Shown: one piece after another, positions 12,861-31,300 of the stretch
How the letters are laid out: each line of letters opens with the position of its first letter
How positions within the stretch are numbered: the first letter of the stretch is position 1
Source: the human T2T-CHM13v2.0 reference genome, Homo sapiens
NCBI RefSeq assembly: GCF_009914755.1
Contig: NC_060935.1
Strand: one strand, 5' to 3'
DNA length: 64,000 nt
Notes under the pieces: generated by a model
What the model was told of the DNA's origin: nothing
Databases searched by the model: none
Seen by the model: the letters and a program-made list of their open reading frames with translations, nothing else
Made by a program: the position numbers and the translations under genes

Positions 12861-13088
12861 AAATTTAATTTTATTATACTTGAAGTTTTAGGGTACATGT
12901 GCACAATGTGCAGGTTAGTTACATATGTATACCTGTGCCATGTTGGTGTGCTGCACCCATTAACTCCTCATTTAGCATTAGGTATATCTCCTAATGCTAT
13001 CCCTCCCCCTTCCCCCCACCCCACAACAGGCCCCTGTGTGTGATATTCCTCTTCCTGTGTCAATGTGTTCTCATTGTTCAATTCCCCC

Positions 13089-16730
<3,642 letters not shown>

Positions 16731-16733
<3 letters not shown>

Positions 16734-19700
16734 CAGAATGCTTCTGTCTAGTTTTCATTTGAAGACTTTTTTTTTCTCGGTTGACCTCAAATTGCTCAGA
16801 AATATCCCTTTTCAGATTCTACAAAAAACGGTTTCCAAACTTCTCAATCAAAACAATGGCTCAGTTCTGTGAGATGAGAGCTCAAATCACAAGATTTCCT
16901 CAGATAACTTTGCACATTGTGTAAAAAGACTGTTTCCAGACTGCTCAGTGAAAAGAAAGATTAATCTCTGTGAGATGAATGCACACATCACAAAGATATT
17001 TCTCAGATAGCTTCTGTCTAGTTTTTATGTGAAGATATTCCCTTTTTCACCTTTGGCCACAAAGGGATCCCAGATATCCCTTTGCAGATTCTACTAAAAG
17101 ACAGTTTACAAACTGCTCAATCAAAAGAAAGGTTCAACTCTGTTGGATGAATGCACCCATCACAAAGAAGTTTCTCTGAAAGCTTCTGTCTAGTTTTCAT
17201 TTGAAGATATTTCCTTTTTCTCCATTGGCCTCAAATCACTCAGAAATATCCTTTTGTAGATTCCACAAAAAACGGTTTCCAAACTGCTCAATGAAAAGAA
17301 CGGTTCAGCTCTGGGAGATGAAAGCACACATCACAAAGAAGTTCCTCAGAAAACTTCTGTCTGGTTTTTATGTGAAGATATTTCCTTTTTCAGCATAGGC
17401 CTGACAGCACCCACAAATATCACTTTGCAGATTGTAGAAAAAGACTGTTTCCAAACTGCTCAATCAAAAGAAAGTTTCAGCTCTGTGAGGTGAATGCACA
17501 CATCAAAAAAAAGTTTATCAGAATATTTCTGTCTAGCTTTTATGTGAAGATAATTCCTTTTTCAAAATATGTCTCGAAGGGCTCCAAAATATCCCTTTGC
17601 AGATTCGAGAAAAAGACGGATTCCAAACTGCTCAATCAAAAGAAATGTTCAACTCTGTGAGATGAATGCACACGTCACAAAGGTGTTTCTGAGAAAGCTT
17701 CTGTCTAGTTTTTATGTGAAGATATTTCCTTTTTCACCATAGTCCTCAAAGGGCTCCCAAATATCCCTTTGCAGATTCCTCAAAAAGAATCTTTCCAAAC
17801 TGCTCAATCAAAGGAAGTTGCAAATCTGAGAGACGAATGCACATATCACAAAGAAGTTTCTCAGAAAACTTCTGTCTAGTTTTTATGTGATGATACTTCC
17901 TTTTTCACCATAGGCCTCAAACCGATTCCAAATATCCCTTTGCAGATTTTATAAAAAGACAGTTTCAAAACCTGTCAATCAAAAGAAAGGTTCATCTCTG
18001 TGACATGAATGCACAAATCTCAAAGAAGTTTCTTAGAGAGCTTCTGTCTAGTTTTTATGTGAAGACATTTCCCTTTTCACCATAGTCCTTGAAGGGCTCC
18101 AAAATATCCCTTTGCAGATTCTACAAAAAGAATCTGTGCAAACTGCTCAATGAAAAGAAAGGTGCAACTCTGTCAGGTCAATATGCACATCACAAAGAAT
18201 TTTCTCAAAATCTTCCCTCCAGTTTTCACATGAAGATATTTACTTTTGTACCATAGGTCTCAAACTGCTGAGAAATATCGCTTTGCAGATTCCTCAAAAA
18301 GAGTTTCAAACTGCTCAATCAAAGGAAGGTTCAAATCAGAGAGATGAATGCACATATCACAAAGAAGTTTCTCAGAAATATTCTGCCTTTTTTTTTATGT
18401 GATGATATTTGCTTTTTCACCACAGGCCTCAAACGGATTCCAAATATCCCTTTGCAGATTTTATAAAAAGACAGTTTCAAAACTGGTCAATCCAAAGAAA
18501 GGTTCAACTCTGTGACATGAATGAACACATCACAAAGAAGTTTCTCAGAGGGCTTCTGTCTGGTTTTATGTGAAGATATTTCCCTTTTCACTGTAGTCTT
18601 TGAAGGGCTCCCAAATATCCCTTTGCAGATCCTACAAAAAGAATCTGTCCAAACTGCTCAATGAAAAGAAAGGTACAACTCTGTCAGGTGAATAGACGTA
18701 TCACCAAGAAGTTTCCCAAAAAGCCTCTGTCTAGTTTGTATATAAAGATATTTATGTTTTCACCATAGGCCTCAAACCGCTGAGAAATATCCCTTTGCAG
18801 ATACCTCAAAAAGAATGTTTCCAAAGATCTCAATCAAAGGAAGGTTCAAATCTGAGAGATGAATGCAGATATCACAAAGAAGTTTCTCAGAAAGCTTCTG
18901 TCTATTTTTTATGTGATGATATTTGCTTTTTCACTGTAGTCCACAAACGGATTCCAAATATCCCTTTGCAGATTTTATAAAAAGACAGTTTCAAAACTGG
19001 TCAATCAAAAGAAAGGTTCAACTCTGTGACATGAATGCACACATCCCAAAGAAGATTCTCAGAGAGCTTCTGTCTAGTTATTATGTGAAGATATTGCTCT
19101 TTTCATCGTAGTCCTTGAAAGTCTCCCAAATATCCCTTTGCAGATTCTACAAAAAGAAACTATCCAAACTGCTCAATGAAAAGAAAGGTACAACTCTGTA
19201 AGGTGAATATACACATCACAAAGAAGTTTTGCAAAGTGCTTCTGTCCAGTTTTCACATGAAGATATTTCCTTTTTCACCATAGGCCTCAAACCACTGAGA
19301 AATATACCTTTGCAGATTCTACAAAGAGACAGTTTCCAAACTGCTCAATCAAAAGAAAGGTTCAACTCTGTGAGATGAATGTACGCATCTCAAATATTTT
19401 GTCAGAAAGATTCCGTCTACTTTTTATGTGAACATATTTTCTTTTTCACCACAGGCCTCAAATCACTCCCAAATATCCCTTTGCAGACTCTACAAAAAGA
19501 CTATTTCTTAGCTTCTCAATCAAAAGAAATTTTCATCTCTGTGAGATGAATACACACAACACAAAGAAGTTTCCCAGAAAGCTTCTGTCTAGTTTTTATG
19601 TGAACATATTTTCTTTTTCACCATTGCCCTCAAAGGGCTCCCAAATATCCCTTTGCAGATTCTACAAAAAGACTCTTTCCAAACTGCTCAATCAAAAGAA

Positions 19701-22529
19701 AGTTTCAACTCTGTGTGTTGAATGCACACATCATGAAGAAGTTTCTGAGAAAGCTTCTGTGTAGTTTTTATGTGAAGATATTTCCTTTTTCACCATGGGC
19801 CTCAAAGTGCTCACAAATATTCCTTTGCAGATTCTAAAAAAAGAATGTGTCCAAACTGCTCAATCAAAAGAAAGTTTCAACTCTGTGAGATGAATGCACA
19901 CATCATAAAGAAGTTTCTCAGAAAGCTTCTGTCTAGTTTTTATGTGAAGATATTTCCTTTTTCCCCATAGGCCTCAAATCACTCAGAAAGATCCCTTTGC
20001 AGATCCTATAAAAAGATTGTTTCCAAACTGCTCAATCAAAACAAAGGTTCAACTCTGTGAGATGAATGCACACATCACAGAGAAGTTTGTCAGAAAGCTT
20101 CTGTGTAGTTTTTTTGTGAAAATATTCCCTTTTTCAGCATGGCCTCAAGGGGATTACAAATATCCCCTTTCAGATTCTACAAAAAGACTGTCTCCAAAGT
20201 GCTCAGTCAAAAGAAAGTTTCAACTCTGTGAGGTGAATGCATGCATCACAAAGTAGTTTCTCAGAAAGCTTCTGTCTAGCTTTTGTGTGAACATATTTCC
20301 TTTTACATAATAGGCCTCAAAGGGCTCCCAAATATCCCTTTGCAGATTCTACAAAAAGTCTGTTTCCAAACTGCTCAATCAAAAGAATATTTCAACTCTG
20401 TTAGATGAATGCATGCATCACAAACAAGTTTCTCAGAAATCTTCGGTCTAGTTTTTATGTGAAGATATTCACTGTTTCAACAAAGGCCTCAAACCACTTC
20501 GAAATATCCATTGCACATTCTAGAATAAGACTGTTTCCAAACTGCTCAATCAAAAGAAATGTTCAAATTTTGAGATGAATGCACTCATTACAGAGAAGTT
20601 TCTCAGAAAGATTCTGTCTAGTTTTTATGTGAAGATATTTCCCTTTTAACAATAGGCCTCAAACCACTCAGAAATATCCCCTTGGAGATTCTAGAAAAAG
20701 ACTGTTTCCAAACTGCTGAATCAAAAGAAAGTTTCAGCTCTGTAGGATGAATGCATGCATGACAAAGAAGTTTCTCAGAAAGCTTCTGTCTAGTTTTAAT
20801 GTGAGGATATTTCCTTTTTTACCATAGGCCTCAATACCCTGAGATATATACCTTTGCAGATTCTAGAAAAAGACTGTTACCAAACTGCTCAATTAAATGA
20901 AAGTTTCAAGTCTGTGAGATGAATGCACAAATGACAAAGAAGTTTCCCAGAAGGCTTCTGTCTAGTTTTTATGTGAAGATATTTCCTTTTTCATCATAAG
21001 CCTCAAAGTGACCTCAAATGTCCCTTTGCAGATTCTACAAAAAGACTGTTTCCAAACTTCTCAATAAAAAGGAAGTTTCAATTCTGTGAGATGAATGCAC
21101 ACATCACAACTAAGTTTGTCAGAAAGCTTCTCTTTATTTTTTGTGTGAAGATATTTCCTTTTTCACAGTAGGCCTCAAAGGGTTCCCAAATGTCCCTTTG
21201 CAGATTCTACAAAAAAACTGTTTCCAAGCTGTTCAGTCAAAATAAAGTTTCATCATTGTGAGATGAATCCACACATAACAATTAAGTTTCTCAGAAAGCT
21301 TCTGTATAGTTTTGTTGTGAAGATATTTCCTTTTTCAACGTGGACTTCAAAGTACTCCCAAATATCCCTTTGCATATTCTACAGGAAGACTGTTTCCAAA
21401 CTGCTCAATGAAAAGAAAGGTTCAACTCTGTTAGATGAATGTACATGTCACAAAGAAGTTTCTTAGCAAGCTTCTTTCTAGTTTTTATGTGAAGATATTC
21501 CCTTTTTCTCTAATCAAAAGAATGGTTAACCTCTGTGAGATGAATATATGCATCAAAAAGGAGTTTCTCAGAAAGCTTCTGTCTGGTTTTTATCTGAAGA
21601 TATTTCCTTTTTCGTCATAGGCCTCAAAGCACCCACAGATATCCCTTTGCAGATTCTTCAAAAAGACTGTTTCCAAGCTGCTCAATCAAAAGAAGGTTTG
21701 AACTCTGTATGATTAATGCACACATCACAAATAAGTTTCTCAGAAATCTTCTGTCTAGTTTTAATTTGAAGATATTTCCTTTTTCACCACAGGCCTCAAA
21801 TCACTGAGATATATCCCTTTTCATATTCTACAAAAAGACAGCTTCCAAACTGCTCAATCAAAAGAAAGGTTCAACTCTGTGAGATGAATGCACACATCAC
21901 ACAGAATTTCCTCATAAAGCTTCTGTCTAGTTTTATGAGAAGATAGTTCCATTTTCACCATAGGCCTCAAAGCACTCCGAATATCCCTTTGCAGATGGTG
22001 AAGATACTTTGTTTTTCACAGTAGTCCTCACACTGCTCAGAAATGTCCAATTTCAGATTCTACAAAAAGATACTTTCCAAACTGCTCAATCAAAGGAATG
22101 TTTCAACTCTGTGAAATCAATGCACACATCACAAGGAAGTTACTGAGAAAGCTTCTGTCTAGTTTTCATGTGAAAATATTTCATTTTTCCCCATAGGCTT
22201 CAAACCCCTCAGCAATATCCCTTTTCAGATTCTACAAAAAGACTGTTTCCAAACTGATCAAAAGAAAGTTTCAACGGTGTGAGATGAATACACGCATCCC
22301 AAAGAAGTTTCTGAGAAATCTTCTTTCTGGTTTTTAACTGAAGATATTCCCTTTTTCACCATGGTCCTCAAAGGGCTCCAATAAATCCCTTTGCAGATTC
22401 TACAAAGAGAGTGTTTCCAAACTGCTCAATCAAAAGAAAGGTTGAACTCTGTGAGATGAATGCACACATCACAAAGAAGTTTCGCTGAAAGCATCTTTCT
22501 AGTTTTTATGTGAACATATTTGTGTTTTC
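16731..22529 (-). repeat. Monomeric alpha satellite, older layer, block 2
   Basis: Same ~172-bp unit and orientation as block 1. Confidence 0.98.
17771..19311 (-). repeat. Relic 3-monomer higher-order repeat, three copies of ~513 bp
   Basis: Units start at 17771, 18285 and 18797 and share private variants (cctcaaaaaga, caaaggaag, gattccaaat...ttttataaaaagacagtttcaaaac, tagtcyttgaa). Confidence 0.85.
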
Positions 22530-25355
<2,826 letters not shown>

Positions 25356-25357
<2 letters not shown>

Positions 25358-28300
25358 TATTTGCATTTTCACTACAGTCCTCTATCAGCTCAGAAATATT
25401 CCTTTGCAGATTCTACAAAAAGACAGTTTCCAAACTGCACAAGGAAAGGAAAGGTCACCTTTGTGAGATGAATGCATGCATCACAAAGAAGTTTCTCCGA
25501 AAGCTTCTGCCTAGTTTTTATGTGAAGATATTTCTTTTTTCACCATAGGACTTGAAGGGCTCCCAAATATCCCTTTGTAGATTCTACAAAAAGACTGTTT
25601 CCAAACCGATCAGTCAGAAGAAAGATTTAACTCTGTGACTTGAATGCACACATCACAAGGAAGTTTCTCAGAAAGCTTCTGTCTATTTTTAATGTGAAGA
25701 TATTTCCTTATTCACCATAGGCCTCAAAAAGCTCAGAAGTATCCCCTTGAGGATCCTAAAAAAAGACTGTTTCCAAACTGCTCAATCAAAAGAAGATTCA
25801 ACTCTGAGATGAATGCATACATCATAAATAAGTTCCTCAGAAAACTTCTGTCTAGTTTTTACGTGAAGATATTTCCTTTTTCACCACAGGCCTCGAAGGG
25901 CTCCCAAATATCTCTTTGCAGATCCTACAAAAAGAGTGTTTCCAAAATGCTCAATGAAAGGTAAGGTTCAATCCCATGAGATGGATGCACACATCACAAA
26001 GAAGTTTCTCAGAAAGCTTCTGTCTAGTTTTTATGTGAAGATATTTCCTTTTTCACAACAGGCCTAAAACTGCTCAGAAATATTCCTTTTCAGAATCTAC
26101 AAATAGAATGTTTCCAAAATGCCCAATGAAAAGAAAGTTCAGCTCTGTGAGATGAATGTAGACATCACAAAGAAGTTTCTCAGAAAGGTTCTGTCTAGTT
26201 TTTATGTGAAGATATTTCCTTTATCACCATAGACCTCAAAGCGCCCTGGAATATCCCTTTTCAGATTCTACAAAAAGACTGTTTTTTTCAAACTGCTCAA
26301 TCAAATATATGTTCATCTCTGTGAGATGAATGCACAAATCGCAAAGAAGTTTCTCAGAAAACTTCTGTCCAGTCTTTATGTGAAGATATTTCCTTTTTCA
26401 CCACAGGCCTCAAAGTGCCCTCGAATATCCCTTTGCAGATTCTTCAAAATACTGTTTCCAAACTGCTTATTCAAAAGAAAGGTTCAACTATGTGAGACGA
26501 ATGTGCATATCACTAAGAAGTTTCTCAGAAATCTTCTGTCCAGTTTTTATATAAAGATATTTCCTTTTTCACCATATGCCTCAAACCACTCAGAAATATC
26601 CCAATGCAGATTCTACAAAAAGACTGTTTACACACTGCTCAATCAAAAAAAGATTCAACTCCATAAAATGAATGCACCCATCACAGAAAAGTTTCTGAGA
26701 AAATTCTCTCTAGTTCTAATGTGAAGATATTCCCTTTTTCAACATGATCCTCAAAGGGATCCGAAATATTCCTTTGCAGATTCTACAAAATGACTGTTTC
26801 CACACTGCTCTATCTAAAGAAAGTTTCAAATCTGTGAGAGGAATGCACGCAACAAAAAGAAGTTTCTCAGAAATCTTCTGTCTAGTTTTTATGTGAACGT
26901 ATTTCCTTTTTCACCTTAGGCCTCAAAGGGCTCCCAAATATCCCTTTGCAGATTCTTCAAAGAGGCTATTTTTAAACTGATCAATCAAAAGAAGAGTTTT
27001 ACTCTGTGAGTAGAATGCACACATAACAAAGAAGTTTCACAGAAAGCTACTGTCTAGTTTTTATGTGAAGATATTTCCTTTTTCACCATAGGCCTCAAAC
27101 CACTCAGAAATATCCCTTTGGAGAGTCTAAAAAAAGACTGTTTCCAAAGTGCTCAACCAAAAGAAAGGTTCAACCCTGTGAGATGAATGCACACATCACA
27201 AAAAAGTTTCTCAGAAAGCTTCTGTCTAGTTTTTATATGAAGATATTTCCTTTTTCACCGAAGGCCTCAAAACTCCCTCAAATGTCCCCCTGCAGGTCCT
27301 ACAAAAAGACTGTTTTGAAACTGCTCAATCAACGGAAAGGTTCAACTCTGTGCAATGAATGTACATATCAGAATGAAGTTTCTCAGAAAACTTCTGCCTA
27401 GTTTTCATGTGAAGATATTTCCTTTTTCAGCACAGGCCTCAACTGCCCAGAAGTATCCCTTTGCAGATTCTACAAAAAGAGTGTTTCCAAACTGTTCAAT
27501 CAAAGGAAAGTTTCAACTCTGTGAGATGAATGCACACATCACAAAAAAGTTTCTCAGAAAACTTCTTTCTATTTTTTATGTGAAGATATTTCCTTTTTCA
27601 CCATAGGCCTCAAAGGGATCCCAAATATCACTTTGCAGATTTTTCAAAAAGACTGTTTCCAAATTTCTCAATCAAAGGAAAGGTTCAACTCTGTGAGATG
27701 AATGCACACATCACAAAGAATTTGCTCAGAAAACTTCTGTCTAGTTTTTATGTGAAGATATTCCCTTTTTCACCATAGACCTTGAAGGGCTCCCAAATAT
27801 CCCTTTGCAGTTTCTTGAAAAAGACTGTTTCCAAACTGCTCAATCAAAAGAAAGGTTCAATGCTGTAAGATGAATGTACATATCAGGAAGAAGTTTCTCA
27901 TAAAGCTTCTGTCTAGTTTTTATGTGATGATATTTCCTTTTTCACCATAGGCCTCCAGGGGATCCCAAATATCCCTTTGCAGATTTTACAAAAAGACTTT
28001 TTCCAAACTGCTCAATCAAAAGTAAGGTCCAACTCTGTGAGATGAATGCACACATCCCAAAGAAGTTCCTAAAAAAGCTTCTGTCTAGTTTTTGTGTGAA
28101 GACATTTCCTTTTTCACCTTAGGACTCAAAATGCTCCCAAATATCCCTTTGCAGATTCTACAAAAAGATGTTTCCAAACTGCTCAATCAAAAGAATGGTT
28201 CAATTCTGTGAGAGGGATGCAGACATCACAAAGAAGTTTCTCAGAAAGCTTCTGTCTAGTTTTTATGTGAAGATATTTCCTTTTTCATCGTAGGCCTCAA

Positions 28301-31300
28301 GGCCCTCAGAAATATTCCTTTGCAGATTCTGTGAAAAGACTGTTTTGAAACTGTTCAAAGAAAAGAAAGTTCAACACTGTGAGATGAATGCACGCATCAG
28401 AAAGAAGTTCTGAGACAGATTCTGTCTATTTTTTATTTGTAGATATTTCATTTTTCACCATAGGCCTCAAAATGCTCCCAAATACCCCTTTGCAGATTCT
28501 ACAAAAAGACAGTTTTCAAACTACTCAATCAAAAGAAATGTTGATCTCTGTAAGATGAATGCACACATCACAAAGAAGTTTCTCATGAATCTTATTTCTG
28601 GTCTTTATGTGAAGATATTTCCTTTTTTACCATAGGCCTCAAAGCACCCTCAAATATCCCTTTGCAGATTCTACAAAAAGAATGTTTCCAAACTGCTCAA
28701 TCAAAAGAAGGTTTCAAGTCTGTGAAATGAATGCACACATCACAAAGAGGTTTCTCAGAAACCTTCTGTCTGGTCTTTATGTGAAGATATTTCTTTTTCA
28801 CCATAGGCCTCAAAGCACCCTCAAATATCCCTTTGCAGATTCTACAAAAAGAATGTTTCCAAACTGCTCAATCAAAAGAAAATTTCAACTCTGTGAGATA
28901 AATGCACCCATCAAAAAGAAGTTTCTCAGAAAGATTCTGTCTGGATGTTATATGAAAATATTTCCTTTTTCACCATAGGCCTCAATCTGCTCAGAAATAT
29001 CCCTTTGCAGAATCTATAAAAAGACTGTTTTGAAACTGCTGAATCAAAAGAAATTTTAACTCTATGAGATGAAAGCACACATCACAAAGAAGCTTCTCAG
29101 AAAGATTCTGCCTACTTTTTATGTGAAGAGAATTCCTTTTTCACCATAGGCCTCAGGCTGCTCAGAAATATCCCTTTGCAGATTCTATAAAAAGAATGTT
29201 TCCAAACTGCCCAATGAAACGAAAGGTTCAACTCTCTGACATGAATACACACACCTGAAAGAAGTTTCTCAGAAGGATTCTGTCTAGTTTTTAGGTGAAG
29301 ATATTTCTGTTTTCACCAAAGGCCTCAAAGGCCTCCCAAATATCCCTTTGCAGATTCTACAAAAGACTCTTTCCAAAATGCTCAATGAAGAGGAAGTTTC
29401 AACTCTGTGAGAGGAATGCACACAACACAAAGTAGTCCCTCACAATGCTTCTGTCTATTTTTTATGTGAAGATATTTCATTTTTCACCATAGGCTTAGAA
29501 GGTCTCCAAAATATCCCTTTGCAGATACTACAAAAAGACTGTTTCCAACCTGCTCTTTAAAAAGAAAGGTTCAATTCTGTGAGATGAATGCACACATCAC
29601 AAAGAAGTTTCTGAGAAAGCTTCAGTATAGTTTTTATGTGAAGATATTTCCTTTTTCACCATAGGCCTCAAACCGCACAGAAATATCCCTTTGCAAATTC
29701 GACAAAGGGACGTTTTCAAACTGCTCACTCAAAGGAAAGTTTCAGCTCCGTTAGATGAATGCAAAGATCACAAAGAAGTTTCTCAGAATGCTTCTGGCCA
29801 CTTTTAATTTGAAGATATTTCCTTTTTCACCATGGAACTCAAAGTGATACCAAATATCCCTTTGCAGATTCTACAGAAAGAGGGTTTCCAAAGTGCTCAA
29901 TCAAGGGAAAGCTTCATATCTGTTAGATGAATGCATGAGCCACAAAGAAGTTTCTCAGAAAGCTTCTGTCTAGTTTTTATGTGAAGATACTTCCTATTTC
30001 ACCATAGCCCATAAGGGGCTCACAAATATCCCTGTGCAGATTACATAAAAATTCTGTTTCCAAACTGCTGAATCAAAAGAAAGCTTCAAATCTGTGAGTT
30101 GAAAGTGCACATCAGAAAGATGTTTCTCAGAAAGCTTCTGTTTAGTTTGCTTCTGTTTAGTTTTTATGTGAGGATATTTCCTTTTTCACCATAGGCTTCA
30201 AAGAGCTCCAAACATCCATGTGCATATTATACAAAAAGAGTGTTTCCAAACTGCTCAATCTAAAGAAATTTTCAACTCTCTGAGATGAATGCACACATCA
30301 CAAAGAAGTTTCTCAGAAAGATTCTGTCTAGTTTTCATGTGAACATATTTCTTTTTTCTCTATAGCCCTCAAATGGCTCCCAAATAACTCTTTGCAGATT
30401 CTACAAAAAGAATCTTTCCAAACAGCTCAATCAAAAGAAAGGTTCAAATCTGTGAGATGAATGCACTCATCAAAAGAATTTTCTGAGAAAGCCTCTTTAT
30501 AGTTTTTATGTGAAGATATTCCCTTTTTCACTGTAGGCATCAAATTGCTGAGAATTATCCCTTTGCAGATACTACAAAAAGACGGGTTCCAACTCTGTGA
30601 GATGAATGTACACATCACAAAGAAGTTTCTCAGAATGTTTCTGTCTAGTTTTTATGTGAAGATATTTCCTTTTTCACCATAGGCCTCAAAGGGCTCCCAA
30701 AATTCCCTTCGCAGATTCTACAAAAAGACTGTTTCCAAACGGCTCCATCAAAAGAAAGTTTCAACGCTGTGAAATGAAAGCACACATCACAAAGAAGTTT
30801 CTCAGAAGGCTTCTGTCTAGTTTTTATATGAAGATATTTACTTTTTCACTGCAGGCATCAAACCACTCAGAAATATCCCTTTGCAGATTCTACAAAAAGG
30901 CTGTTTAAAAACTACTCAAAAAAGAAAGGTTTAACTCTGTGAGATGAATGCACACATCACAAAGACGTTTCTCAGAAAGCTTCTGTCTAGTTTTTATGTG
31001 AAGATATTCTCTTTTTCACAATAGGCCTCAAAGGGATCCTAAATATCCCTTTGCAGATTCTACAAAAACAGTTTCCAAACTGCCCAATCAAAAGAAAGGT
31101 TCATCACTGTAAGATGAATGCACCCATCACGAAGAAGTTTCCCAGAATGCTTCTTTCTAGTTTTCATTTGAAGATATTTCCTTTTTCACCATTGACCTCA
31201 AATCGCTCAGAAATATCCCTTTGCAGATTCTACAAAAAGGCTGATTCCAAACTGCTAAATCAAAAGAAAGGTTGTACTGTGTGAGATGAATGCACACATC

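Larger units (their letters stand above)
12298..12870 (-). other. L1 3' transduction: non-satellite flank with its own polyA signal and tail
   Basis: T-tract at 12298-12315 and tttatt (AATAAA on minus) at 12328-12333. ~540 bp of non-alphoid DNA runs directly into the short tail of the L1 at 12856-12870. Confidence 0.85.
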
